DNA of 64,000 nt from Somniosus microcephalus (Eukaryota). A program made the translations under genes and the position numbers. Shown here one piece after another: positions 1 to 12,263 of this stretch (position 1 is its first letter; each line of letters begins with the position of its first letter). The notes below the pieces were generated by a model, which worked only from the letters and a program-made list of their open reading frames with translations, had not been told where the DNA came from and did not search any database. The stretch lies in NCBI GenBank assembly GCA_052327205.1, contig CM126204.1, forward strand, positions 158,410,001-158,474,000, given 5' to 3'.

Positions 1-2057
1 TGAGGTGCCAACCTGGGGAAGCTGCAACACAGGACTACATGCATGCTAAACAGCGGAGGCAGCATGCTAGAGACAGAGCTAAACGATCCCACTACCAACG
101 GATCAGATCAAAGCTCTGCAGTCCTGCCACATCCAGTTGTGAATGGTGATGGACAATTAAACAACTAACGGGAGGAGGAGGCTCCATGATGGCGGAGCTA
201 AGCACGCGAGTGCTAAAGACAAGGCTGAAGCATTTGCAACCATCTTCAGCCAGAAGTGTCGAGTGGATGATTCATCTCGGCCTCTTCCTGAGGACTTCAT
301 TATCACAGAAGCCTGTCTTCAGCCAATTCGAGTCACTCCACGTGATAGCAAGAAAAAAAGACTTGCATTTATATAGCGCCTTTCAAGACCACTGGACGTC
401 TCAAAGCGCTGTACAGCCAATGAAGTATTTTTGAAGTGGAGTCACAGTTGTAATTTAGGAAATGTGGCAACCAATTTGCACAAGAAACGGCTGAGCGCAC
501 TGGTTACAGCAAAGGCTATGGGCCCCGACAACATCCCGGCTGTAGTGCTGAAGACTTGTATTTCAGAACTAGCCGCGCCTCCAACCAAGCTGTTCCAGCA
601 TAGCTACAACACTGGCATCTACCTGACAAAGTGCAAATTGCCTAGGTATGCCCTGTCCACAAAAAGTAGGACAAATCCAATCCAGCCAATTACTGCCCCA
701 GCAGTCTACTCTCGATCATCAGCAAAGTGATGGAAGGGGTCGTCGACTGTGCTATCAAGTGATACTTACTCACCAATAACCTGCTCACCAATGCTCAGTT
801 TGCTTTCCGCCAGGACCACTTGGCTCCCAACCTCATTACAGCCTTGGTCCAAACATGGACAAAAGAGCTGAATTCCAGAGGTGAGGTGAGAGTGATTGTC
901 CTAGACATCAAGGCAGCATTTGACCGAGTGTGGCATCAAGGAGCCCTAGTAAAATTGAAGTCAATGGGAATCGGGGGGAAAACTCTCCACTGGCTGGATT
1001 CATACCTAGCACAAAGGAAGATAGGTATGGTTGTTGAAGGCCAATTATTTCAGCCCCAGGACATCGCTGCAGGAGTTCCTCAGGGCACTATTGTAGGCCG
1101 AACCATTTCATTTGCTTCATCAATAACCTTCCCTCCATCATAAGGTTAGAAGTGGGGATGCTCGCTGATGATTGCACAGTGTTCAGTTCCATTCACAACT
1201 CCTCAGATAATGAAGCAGTCTATGGCCGCATGCAGCAAGACCTGGACAACATTCAGGCTTGGGCTGATAAGTGGCAAGTAACATTTGCGCCACACAAGTG
1301 CCAGGCAATGACCATCTCAAACAAGAGAGTCTAACCACCGCCCCTTGACAGTCAACGGCATTACCATTGTCAAACCCCCCACCATCAACATCCTGGGGGT
1401 CACCATTAACCAGAAACTTAACTTGAGCAGCCACACAACTACTGTGGCTACAAGAGCAGGCCAGAGGCTAGGTATTCTGCGGCGAGTATCTCAGCTCCTT
1501 ACTCCCCAAAGCTTTTTCACCATCTACAAGGCACAAGTCAGGAGTGCGATGGAATACTCTCCACTTGCCTGGATGAGTGCAGCTCCAACAACACTCAAGA
1601 AGCTCGACACCATCCAGGTGAAAGTAGCCCGCTTGATTGGCACCCCATCCACCACCTTAAACATTCACTCCCTCCACCACCGACATACCGTAGCTGCAGT
1701 GTGTACCATCTACAGGATGCACTGCAGCAACTCACTAAGGCTTCTTTGACAGAGCTCCTCCCAAACCCGCGACCTCTTCCAGCTAGAAGGACAATGGCAG
1801 CAGGTGCATGGGAACACCACCACTTCCAAGTTCCCCTCCAAGTCACCCACCATCCTAAGTTGGAAATATAGACGTTCCTTCATCGTCGCTGGGTCCAAAT
1901 CCTGGAACTCCCTAACAGCACTGTGGGAGTACGTTAACCACACAGACTGCAACGGTTCAAGGTGGCTCACCACCACCTTCTCAAGAGCAATTAGGGATGG
2001 GCAATAAATGCTGGCCTTGCTAGCGACGCCCACATCCCATGAATGAATAAATAAAAA
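1..2057 (+). mobile_element. Degenerate L2/CR1-group LINE, 3' portion (RT and tail), 5' end outside window
   Basis: Frameshifted RT motifs across ORFs 431-730, 820-1143, 1152-1334, 1345-1749 (GPDNIPAVVLK, LDIKAAFDRVWH, GVPQG, LADD); ends GAATGAATAAATAAAAA at ~2041-2057, an L2-like tail. Confidence 0.85.
356..480 (-). mobile_element. 3' fragment of Deu-domain SINE inserted into the LINE
   Basis: Reverse complement of the SINE tail (ACTTGCATTTATATAGCGCCTTT) seen elsewhere in the window; flanked by CAAGAAA at 349-355 and 481-487; LINE sequence resumes after it. Confidence 0.8.
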
Positions 2058-2682
2058 GTTTCTGTTTCCTGTTGGTAGACATAGAATGACAAGAGAGACA
2101 TCTTTCCAAACCAGAATAAGGACAATGTACAGGAAAGAAAGCAGGACTTAAGGGAGCAAGAGGCTGAGAGAGTGAAACCTGCTAAGTAAATCCCTCTTCA
2201 AAAATTCTAACACTCAAAGCTGAGGCAGCCTCTCAAATCCGTGAAACGGCCTCAATGACTGCAGGTGAGCATGGCTCTGATTCAAAAAAAATCACACCAC
2301 TCAAAATTAGCTGCCTTGCATCAATATTTATTACAAAGTAACAAAATTGCATTGATTACCTAAGAATATCTAACCTGACCTAACGATAACCCTGGAGCTG
2401 AGTGAAGTCTCCCCGTATTAGCGACAGATTCGAATTTTAGTAGCTTGGATATAGGTTGAATTTTTGAGTAACTGCAATAGTCTGGGTCAAACTGCCCTGG
2501 AGGTCCAACTTAAGACAGCACATTCACTCCTAAACAATGGCTACTGTTAAAAACAAAACAAATAGGAATTCCCATGCAGGTAATTTTAGGTATTCGGCCA
2601 GCACCACTGATGTAATTATTTCACTACTTCCTCCATTTACTAATAACGGTTTTGAAGCATTTAGATTTTACCAGGCACTAAA

Positions 2683-3272
2683 GTGAGAGGGGGTGGGCGA
2701 GAGAAGATGGGGTGGGCGAGAGAGGAGGAGGGGGTGGGCGAGAGAGGAGGAGGGGGTGGGCGAGAGGGGAGGAGGGGGTGGGCGAGAGAGGAGGAGGGGG
2801 TGGGCGAGAGGGGAGGAGGGGGTGGGCGAGAGAGGAGGAGGGGGTGGGCGAGAGAGGAGGAGGGGGTGGGCGAGAGGGGAGGAGGGGGTGGGCGAGAGGG
2901 GAGGAGGGGGTGGGCGAGAGGGGAGGAGGGGGTGGGCGAGAGGGGAGGAGGGGGTGGGCGAGAGGGGAGGAGGGGGTGGGCGAGAGAGGAGGAGGGGGTG
3001 GGCGAGTGAGGAGGAGGGGGTGGGCGAGTGAGGAGGAGGGGGGTGGGCGAGAGAAGATGGGGTGGGCGAGAGAGGAGGAGGGGGTGGGCGAGAGGGGAGG
3101 AGGGGGTGGGCGAGTGAGGAGGAGGGGGTGGGCGAGAGAGGAGGAGGGGTGGGCGAGAGGGGAGGAGGGGGTGGGCGAGAGGGGAGGAGGGGGTGGGCGA
3201 GAGGGGAGGAGGGGGTGGGCGAGAGGGGAGGAGGGGGTGGGCGAGAGAGGATGGGGTGGGCGAGAGCGAGTG
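2683..3272 (+). repeat. G-rich minisatellite, 22-bp unit GAGAGRGGAGGAGGGGGTGGGC, roughly 26-27 copies
   Basis: Directly visible tandem array; explains the spurious Pro/Ser and Gly/Arg/Glu ORFs at 2668-3392. Confidence 0.95.
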
Positions 3273-4421
3273 GCAAAGCGGGAGGAGAGAGGGACATCAG
3301 ATATCACACTGTCAGTGAACTGCTCCATTGTAAACTGCAGGCATGAGAGACAAACAGCTCTTCATATCCTAGACGGCAAGAACATTCACTAGCAGCTCCT
3401 GTCTGCTCTGCTGGTGACTGAACTTTTCCAGCTAAATTCTCTGCGGATTGGCACTTATGATGGGAAAGGATGTTGATCCATAGAATTTCAACCCAAGGTT
3501 TTTTACCTAAAACATTGATAACACAACATAGCAAATTCAATGGACCTTTTTGTAAATCTTACCTCATGTGATCAAAGCAAGGAGCACTTTTCAGAATGCC
3601 TGCATGACTGCTTCTCAGATCAGTATGTTTCTAATCTAACAAGGAAGGAACCACTGCTCGTCTTAGTTCTGGGAAATAAAGTGGAGCAAATAACCGATGT
3701 GAGAGTAGAACAACTTGGAAATAATGAGTACAACATAGGTTCAATGTAAGAAAGAAAATATAATGAGCAGTCAAAGATAAGGGTGCTCAACTGGAAAAAG
3801 ACAAAGTTCAGCAAGATAAGAAGGGATCTGGCTCAAGTTGACCAGCAAAGTTAGCAAAGGGGTTGACGATAATGGATAATGCAAAATAAATATATTCCTG
3901 TAAGGCAAAAAGGGAACTGTGCAAAGAATAGTTCGTGGATAATTAGAGATTAAAACTAAACTGAAACTGAAAAGGGAGGCATATGATAAAATTAGGGAAT
4001 AGCAATACTAAAGAAAATGCTGAGGAATACAGAAAGTGGGGAGGTGAAAAGGGAGATTACATGGCCTAAAGGCAATAAATGTTATATAGATATATAGAAA
4101 GTAAAAGAATAGTTCGAGAGAGAGAAGGACTGCATTCTCAGGGTGAAGAAGGAAGTCTAATTGTGGAGGATGAAGAAATGGTAGTGATATTAAATAAATA
4201 TTTTGTATCAGTTTTTACAAATGGTGGTGGAAATGAGAATGTAGGTGTACTCGAGAAGGATATGGAACAATTTGTTAGAGGTATCTATAGAACAGGAGTT
4301 GCTTCTAAAAAGGTTAGCAGAACTTAATGCGAATAAGTCACCAGAGCTTGATGCCATACATCCTAGGCTGTTGAAAAAAGTCAGAGAGTAGACAGTGGAA
4401 GCTCTGGCCACTATTTTCCAA

Positions 4422-4691
4422 TCAGAGCAGCGGCGGCAGGCGGGCGGACCTGCGAGGGACGAGGCGGCTGAGCGGCGGCGGTTAAAAAGCAGCTCCAAGA
4501 CCAGGTAGGCCTCAGAGCAGCGGCGGCAGGCAGGCGGACCTGCGAGGGATGAGGCGGTTGAGTGGCGGCAGTTTAAAAAGCGGCTCCGAGACCAGGTAGG
4601 CCTCAGAGCAGCGGCGGCAGGCGGGCGGACCTGCGAGGGACGAGGCGGCTGAGCGGCGGCGGTTTAAAAGCGGCTCCGAGACCAGGTAGGC
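4422..4691 (+). repeat. Three tandem 90-91 bp GC-rich monomers in the CR1 5' UTR
   Basis: TCAGAGCAGCGGCGGCAGG starts at 4422, 4512 and 4603; each unit ends ACCAGGTAGGC. Confidence 0.95.
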
Positions 4692-4940
4692 GTACTAATC
4701 TGCAGTCTCCGAGCTCAGAGGGAGGGAGAGAAGTAAAAAGTAATCGAAGTGTGACGTCACCAGAAAGCAGTTAAGTGATTGGTTGGTGAGCATTTCTCTC
4801 TTTTTAAACTTTAACTCTGTGGTTTATAGTTTCTAAGGTCTCTCTGGTGTAGCGGGGACTGTTGGTAAGCCATTTAACTGTAGTGTAATTGGTGGGATTG
4901 ATTTGATTTAATTTAATTTGAATTAATTAAAGGGTAAGTC

Positions 4941-5891
4941 ATGGCAGGACAGACCGGCCACGTGGTATGCTCCTCCTGCGCTATGTGGGAACTCAGGGAC
5001 ACTTCCTGTGTCCCTGACAACTACGTGTGCAGGAAGCGTATCCAGCTGCAGCTACTGACAGACCGCATTGCGGCACTGGAGCTGCGATTGGATGCATACT
5101 GGACCATTCGCGAGGCTGAGGAGGTCGTGAATAGCACGTTGGATCAGTTGGTCACACCGCAGGTAGAGGTTGGACAGTCAGAAAGGGAATGGGTGACCAA
5201 CAGGCAGAGTACTAGGCGCAGGCAGGTAGTGCAGGGGTCCCCTGTGGACATCCCCCTCTCAAACAGATACACCGCTTTGAGTACTGTTGGCGGGGATGGC
5301 TTATCAGAGGAAGGCAGCAGCAGCCAACTTCCTGGCACCAGGGGTGGCTCTGCTGCACAGGACGGGAGGAAAAAGAGGGGTAGAGTTATAGTAATAGGGG
5401 ATTCTATTGTAAGGGGAATAGATAGGTGTTTCTGCGGCCACAAACGAGACTCCAGGATGGTGCGTTGCCTCCCTGGTACAAGGGTTAAGGATGTCTCAGA
5501 GTGGCTGCAGAACATCTTGGAAGGGGAGGGTGAACAGCCAGTTGTCGTGGTGCATATAGGTACCAACGATATAGGTAAAAACCAGGATGAGGGCCTAAAA
5601 GCTGAATATAGGGAGTTAGGAGGTAAATTTAAATATAGGACCTCAAAGGTAGTAATCTCAGGATTGCTACCAGTGCCACGTGCTAGTCAGAGTAGAAATA
5701 GAAGGATATTTCAGCTGAATACGTGGCTAGAGGAATGGTGCCAGGGGGAGGGATTCAAGTTCCTGGGACATTGGAACTGGTTCTGGGGGAGGTGGGACCA
5801 GTTCAAACTGGACGGTTTGCACCTGGGCAGGGCTGGAACCGGTGTCCTAGGGGGGGTGTTTGCTAGTGCTCTGGGGGAGGGTTTAAACTAA
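4941..5891 (+). CDS. CR1 ORF1p (N-terminal Cys/leucine-zipper region plus SGNH/GDSL esterase), intact frame
   Basis: 316 aa; CSSC...C region, LQLLTDRIAALELRL heptads, esterase blocks IGDSIVRG, HIGTND, DGLHL. Confidence 0.9.
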   Translation: MAGQTGHVVCSSCAMWELRDTSCVPDNYVCRKRIQLQLLTDRIAALELRLDAYWTIREAEEVVNSTLDQLVTPQVEVGQSEREWVTNRQSTRRRQVVQGSPVDIPLSNRYTALSTVGGDGLSEEGSSSQLPGTRGGSAAQDGRKKRGRVIVIGDSIVRGIDRCFCGHKRDSRMVRCLPGTRVKDVSEWLQNILEGEGEQPVVVVHIGTNDIGKNQDEGLKAEYRELGGKFKYRTSKVVISGLLPVPRASQSRNRRIFQLNTWLEEWCQGEGFKFLGHWNWFWGRWDQFKLDGLHLGRAGTGVLGGVFASALGEGLN

Positions 5892-5932
5892 GATGGCAGG
5901 GGGTTGGGAATCTGAGCAGAGGGATAGAGGAA

Positions 5933-8869
5933 ATGGAAACAAGGATAAAAGCAAAAGAAAGGAAGGAGAAAAACAAAAGTGGCAGTCAGAGAAATCAACG
6001 GTTTAAATCAAACAGGGCCACAGTAAATAATAATTTTGATAGGTCTAAGAGCGTTAAAAAAATAAGCCTGAAGGCTTTGTGTCTTAATGCGAGGAGCATT
6101 CGTAGTAAGGTGGATGAATTGGCTACGCAAATAGAGGTAAACGAATATGATTTGGTTCGGATTACGGAAACGTGGCTCAAGGATGGCCAAGGCTGGGAAT
6201 TCAACATCCAGGGATATTCGATATTCAGGAAAGATAGGCAAAAAGGGAGGTGGGGTAGCATTACTGGTTAAAGAAGGGATTAACACAATTGTAAGGCAGG
6301 ATATTAGCTCTGATGATGTGGAATCTGTATGGGTAGAATTGAGAAATACCAAGGGGCAGAAAACGTTAGTGGGACTGGTACATAGACCTCCAAACAGTAA
6401 GGTGGAGGTTGGAAATGGCTTTAAAAGGGAAATTAAAGAAGCGTGCAATAAGGGCACAGCAGTCATCATGGGTGACTTTAATCTACATATAGATTGGGCT
6501 AACCAAATTAGTAACAATACTGTGGAGGAGGAATTCCTGGAGTGTTTACGGGATGGTTTCCTGGACCAATATGTCGAGGAACCAACCAGAGATCAGGCCA
6601 TCTTAGACTGGGTATTATGTAACGAGAAAGGATTAATTAGCAATCTTGTTGTACGAGGCCCCTTGGGTCGGAGCGATCATAATATGATCGAATTCTTCAT
6701 TAAGATGGAGAATGAAGCAGCTGACTCAGAGACTAGGGTCCTAAATTTAAATAAAGGAAACTATGATGGTCTGAGGCGCGAGTTGGGTAGGATTTATTGG
6801 GGAATGTCACTCAAAGGGTTGACGGTGGATAGGCAATGGCAAACATTCAAAGACCGCATGGATGAACTACAGAATTTGTTCATCCCAGTTTGACAAAAAT
6901 AAAACAAAAAAGATGACTCAACCGTGGCTAACAAGGGAAATTAGGGATAGCATAAGATCCAAGGAGAGGACATATAAATTGGCCAGAAAAAGTAATAATC
7001 CTGAGGATTGGGAGCAATTTAGGATTCAACAAAGGAGAACAAAGGGATTAATTAAGAAGGGGAAAATAGAATATGAGAGTAAGCTTGCAGGGAACATAAA
7101 AACTGACTGTAAAAGCTTTTATAGATATGTGAAGAGAAAAAGATTGGTGAAGTCAAGCGTAGGTCCCTTGCAGTCAGAATTGGGGGAATTTATAATGGGG
7201 AACAAAGAAATGGCAGACCAACTAAATACATATTTTGGTTCTGTCTTCACAAAGGAGGACATAAATAACCTCCCAGAGATGCCGGGGAACATAGGGTCTG
7301 ATGAAAGGGAGGAACTGAAAGAAATCAGTATTTGTAGGGAAATGGTGTTAGGGAAATTGATGGGATTGAAGGCCGATAAATCCCCAGGGCCTGATAATCT
7401 ACATCCTAGGGTACTTAAGGAAGTGGCCCTAGAAATAGTAGATGCATTGCTGATCATCTTCCAACATTCGATGGAATCTGGAACAGTACCCATGGATTGG
7501 AGGGTAGCTAATGTAACCCCACTATTTAAAAAAGGTGGTAGAGAGAAAATGCGGAATTATAGACCGGTAAGCCTGACATCGGTAGTGGGGTAAATGCTAG
7601 AGTCCATTATAAAAGATGTAATAGCAGGGCACTTGGAAAACAGTGACAGGATCGGACAAAGTCAACATGGATTCACAAAAGGTAAATCGTGCTTGACTAA
7701 TCTACTGGAATTTTGAGAGGATGTAACTGGTAAAATAGATAAGGGAGAACCAGTGGATGTGGTGTATCTGGACTTTCAGAAGGCCTTTGATAAGGTCCCG
7801 CATAAGAGATTAGCGTGTAAAGTTAAGGCACATGGGATTGGGGGGCAAGGTATTGACTTGGATAGAGAACTGGTTGGCAGACAGAAAGCAAAGAGTTGGA
7901 ATAAACGGGTCCTTTTCCGAGTGGCAGGCAGTGACTAGTGGGGTACTGCAGGGTTCGGTCCTTGGACCCCAGCTATTCACAATATATATTAATGATCTAG
8001 ACAAGGAAACTAGATGTAATATCTCCAAATTTACAGACAACACAAAGCTGGGTGGGCGTGTGTGCTGTGAGGAGGATGTCGAGAAACTCCAGGATGATTT
8101 GGATATGTTGGGTGATTGGGCAGAAACATGGCAGATGCAATATAACGTGGATAAATGTGAGGTTGTCCACTTTGGTGGCAAAAACAGGAAGGCAGATTAT
8201 TATCTAAATGGCAATAGATTGGGAGAAGGGGAAGTGCAACGACACCTGGGTGTCCTTGTGCACCAGTCGCTGAAGGTAAGCATGCAGGTGCAGCAGGCGG
8301 TTAAGAAGGCAAATGGTATGTTGGCCTTCGTAGCGAGAGGGTTTGAGTACAGGAACAAGGATGTCTTGCTGCAGTTGTACAGGGTCTTGGTGAGACCACA
8401 TCTCGAGTATTATGTGCAGTTTTGGTTGCCTTATCTGAGGAAGGATGTTCTTGCCATGGAAGGAGTTCAGCGAAGATTCACCAGGCTGATACCTGGGATG
8501 GCAGGAATGACGTATGAGGAGAGATTGGGTCGATTGGGCTTGTACTCGCTGGAGTTTAGAAGAATGAGAGGTGATCTCATTGAAACTTATAAAATTCTGA
8601 CAGGACTGGACAGACTAGATGCAGGAAGGATGTTCCCGATGGTCGGGGAGTCCAGAACCAGGGGACACAGTCTAAGGATAAAGGGTAGGCCATTTAGGAC
8701 AGAAATGAGGAGGAATTTCTTCACCCAGAGAGTAGTGAACCTGTGGAACTCTCTACCACAGAAGGCGGTGGAGGCCAGTTCATTAAATATATTCAAGAAG
8801 GAGTTGGATATATTTCTTAAGGCTAAAGGGATCAAGGGGTATGGGGAGAAGGCAGGGACCGGGTACTGA
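5933..8869 (+). pseudogene. CR1 ORF2 (APE endonuclease plus RT), frameshifted with internal stops
   Basis: LNARS, ITETW, MGDFN, SDHN endonuclease motifs; SPGPD, LDFQKAFDKVPH, QGSVLGP RT motifs; catalytic FADD mutated to FTDN; split over five ORFs. Confidence 0.92.
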
Positions 8870-10355
8870 ATTTGGATGATCAGCCATGATCGCATTGAAT
8901 GGCGGAGCAGGCTCGAGGGGCCGAATGGCCTACTCCTGCTCCTATCTTCTATGTTTCTATGTTTCTATGTTAAGTATGCAAATTGGGCAATGGCATTGGA
9001 GAGTAGCCAAATAGTCTACGTCAGTTATGGGCAATTGTGAGATAAAATTAATGAGCATTTAGAAATGCGTGAGTTAATCAGAATAGGTTTGTTAAAGACA
9101 GGTCATGTTTGACACATTTAATAGATTTTTTGAAGGGATGACTCATTGCACAAAGTGAACATTGTAGATGTAATCAATATGGATTTTCAGAAGCTGTTAT
9201 ATAAAAGGCATCTCACTAAAGACTTGTAAGAAGTATTCAGGCCTCTGATAGAAGAGGAAGTTAGCAACATGGATAGGGTGATAGAGAGGAAACAAAGAGT
9301 TAGAGTAAATGGGTTTGGAGACAAGTTGGAAGTACTGTACCCCAGTGGTCAATACTGAGTGCACTTTTTTTCCCCCCTCGGGAACATGTAGAAGATTTGG
9401 ACTGGGTATAGGAAGCACAATCTCAAAATTTGCTAAGCACACAAAAATAGGAAGTTTGGCATACAGCAGGAAGGATAGTAAAAGACTTCAGAAAGATGGA
9501 CAGGTTAGAGGAATAGGCAGATAGGTGGAAAATGCAATTTAACGTGGATAAGTGTGAGGTAATACATTTTAGGAGGAAGAACAAGGAATTGGAGTATACA
9601 CTCAATGGGAAAACACTGAAGGGTATGGACAAACATAATAGGGTTCAAATATATAGTTCCCTGAAAAGTGAAAGCAGGTAGATAAAGCCATAAAAAGAGG
9701 GAAAAAGTAAAGAAGTAATGATGAGTTTATACAAAACGGTTAGTCCAATGTTAGAGTACTGTGTGCAGTTTTGGACGCACCATTATAAAAAGGACATTAA
9801 AGTTAGAGAGAGTGTACAGTGCAGATTCACCAGGGAGGGGAAACTATAGTTATCAGGAAAGGCTTGAGGTATTGGGACTGTTCCCACTGGAGAAGAGAAA
9901 GCTGGAGAAAATTATATAAAGGTTTTTAAAATTCTGAAAGGTTTTGATAGAGTGAATAGGGACAGATGATTTGCACTGGTTGGGGAGCCAGTGATGAGGG
10001 GTCATCAATATGAAATTGTCACTGAGAGTGAGGAGGGAGGTTAGGTGACATTTATTTATGTAGCTGGCTGCTGGAGCATGGAATGCTTGGCAAAGGGAGT
10101 GTTGAGGCAGAGACCACTGCATCTTTTAAGGGAAAACTGAATAGATATTTCAAGCAGAGGAAGGTATATGTTCTTTGCACTTAACTGGCTTCCTAAATAT
10201 TTATTGCAATTGTATTTTTTTAAAGAACTTTTTGCCTGTTTAGTTTGTCTGCATTACTGATAGTTCTGAACCATTTTGGACTTTGCCAAATTAAACAGAC
10301 ACTCCCCAAAGCCTGTGTTATTTTCTGGTAATCAGCAACAGATGATCACTCTCAG

Positions 10356-10697
10356 GAAAGATGTTCCCGATGGCGGGGGAGTCCAGAACCAGGGGTCACA
10401 GCCTAAGGATAAGGGGTAAGCCATTTAGGGCTGAGATGAGGAGGAATTTCTTCACCCAGAGAGTGGTGAACCTGTGGAATTCTCTACCACAGAAGGCAGT
10501 TGAGGCCAATTCATTAAATATATTCAAGAAGGAGTTAGATATATTTCTTAAGGCTAAAGGGATCAAGGGATATGGGGAGAAGGCAGGGACAGGATACTGA
10601 ATTTGGAGGATCAGCCATGATCTCATTAAATGGCGGAACAGGCTCGAGGGGCCGAATGGCCTACTCCTGCTCCTATCTTCTATGTTTCTATGTTTCT
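10356..10697 (+). mobile_element. 5'-truncated CR1 copy, same family as 4422-8970
   Basis: Very similar to 8626-8960; TCTCAG at 10350-10355 and 10695-10700 is a likely TSD. Confidence 0.9.
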
Positions 10698-11182
10698 CAG
10701 CATAAATGACAATTGATAATCTTTTAACTGCAGAGGGTAGCCTGGGTGGTAACATCCATTATGGTGTCAGGAATGAAACTGACAGTTTATGCCGTCTTGG
10801 GTTTCGATCATCGTTTCAAGTCTTGTGGTTTAGGGTTTCTTCAGGATCACCCCCTCCCTCCCTCTGAGCGGCCAGTAATTGCCACCTGCTATTGCGCTTG
10901 TAATTTGCGTTTCCTACTTAGAAATTGCAAGCAGAATGGCACATGATCAGGGAGGCTGGCCCAAGGCATCCTGTAGGTTGATCCAAGTGCCCGGGTATTG
11001 TGCGATACAGCTCGTTCTTGAGTACTCCAGTCTGGAGTAGATCTATTCTGTAATTATACTTCTAAAAAAAATGGTGATCAGTTACCTGTGCAACTGTTTT
11101 GAACAGTATTGCAACAATGAACAACTGAAAGCTTATTGGTTAAAAGCAAAATTTCCATATATTTTTGCGCACCCTCGGAAAT

Positions 11183-11402
11183 TCTTTGGAATTCTCTACC
11201 CCAGAGGGCTGTGGAGGCTCAGTCGTTGAGTATATTCAAGTCAGAGAGCGATAGATTTTTGAATATTAAGGGAATCAAGGGATATGGGGATAGTGCAGGA
11301 AAGTGGAGATGAGGTAGAAAAATCAGCCATAATCTTACTGAATGGCACTGCAGGCTTGAAGGGTCAAATGGCCTACTCCTGCTCCTATTTCGTATGTTCT
11401 TA
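11183..11402 (+). mobile_element. CR1 3' fragment of a second family
   Basis: CTTTGGAATTCTCTACCCCAGAGGGCTGTGG... matches 36813-37035; ends ATGTTCTTA. Confidence 0.85.
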
Positions 11403-12263
11403 AGTACAGGGCTATGGGAAGAGTGCAGGGTGGTGGAATTAGTTTTGTATTGCTCTAGAAAAGGGGACATAATGGGCCAAAAGGCCTCCTTCTATGCTCT
11501 AAATGTCTATGGTAGTTTTAAGTTATGACAAAAGCTTTGGGAGTTATTGGCTGGGAAATCTGATTTATCAGCTTATCGCTTGCATGCGAAAAAAGCATAC
11601 TAAAAATTTCCAGAAGGATACAAAGGGCAGTTCTCTTTGTAAATTGTACAAAAAAAATCTCTAAAATTGCAGCTGATGGAAGAAATAAAGCACGCTGCAT
11701 ACCTGTGCAAATAACCAGTTGCAATTCATTTTGAAGACCAAATTACATAAATATTATTAAAATTAACATATTTATTTACAGCTGATAGAAATTGTGAAAC
11801 AATTTATGATTGGGACAAATCCATGACAGACTGTCATACACTACTTTTCATGTATAACAGAAACCAGACAGGTTAAAGTATCATCCTGATCCAGACAAGT
11901 GATGTTGCGGTTCAAACAATATTAATTGCAGATGTCTGTGGAGGATGTGCCCAGGCTAAGTGTGTGGGGGAATCCTTTAGCTCTATTGCTAACGCAGACC
12001 TATAAAATATTCCTTTTCTAGATAATACACTGAGCTTTGGTTTTCACAGGAACCTATCTTACTCCAATTTCAAAAATCTCCAAAAGGTATTTAAGTTTGG
12101 GGTCCATTTGACCAATCTAAAAAGTTCACAAATTCAAAAACAGTAAAATATATTTACACAGCTTCAATCAATTAGAAGTCAATACCACAGCAAGGATACT
12201 TTTTATTTACAATTCTTCCGTCAGACCTACATCAGCGCATCATGTTAAAACCTAGGATTACAT

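Larger units (their letters stand above)
4422..8970 (+). mobile_element. Near full-length CR1 LINE
   Basis: 5' UTR with three ~90-bp monomers, ORF1 4941-5891, disrupted ORF2 to 8869, CR1 3' UTR and (ATGTTTCT)n tail ending ~8970. No clear TSD. Confidence 0.95.
3550..10165 (+). mobile_element. Old, highly degenerate CR1 LINE split by the younger CR1 at 4422-8970
   Basis: Left part 3550-4421 has ORF2 remnants (LYRYIESKR, ILNKYFVSVFT, VEALATIFQ); right part 8971-10165 continues with RT remnants (SCLTHL.DFF, ISKFA, WKMQFNVDKCEVIHF) in the expected order. Confidence 0.75.

Noticed and set aside
2668-3392. Pro-rich and Gly/Arg-rich ORFs
   Set aside because: Products of the 22-bp tandem repeat in several frames on both strands.
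4422-4691. Possible CRISPR-like array
   Set aside because: Contiguous tandem units with no unique spacers, eukaryotic LINE context, no cas genes.
5144-8895. Antisense ORFs over CR1 (also over the BEL and Gypsy ORFs)
   Set aside because: Shadow frames of the real coding strand.
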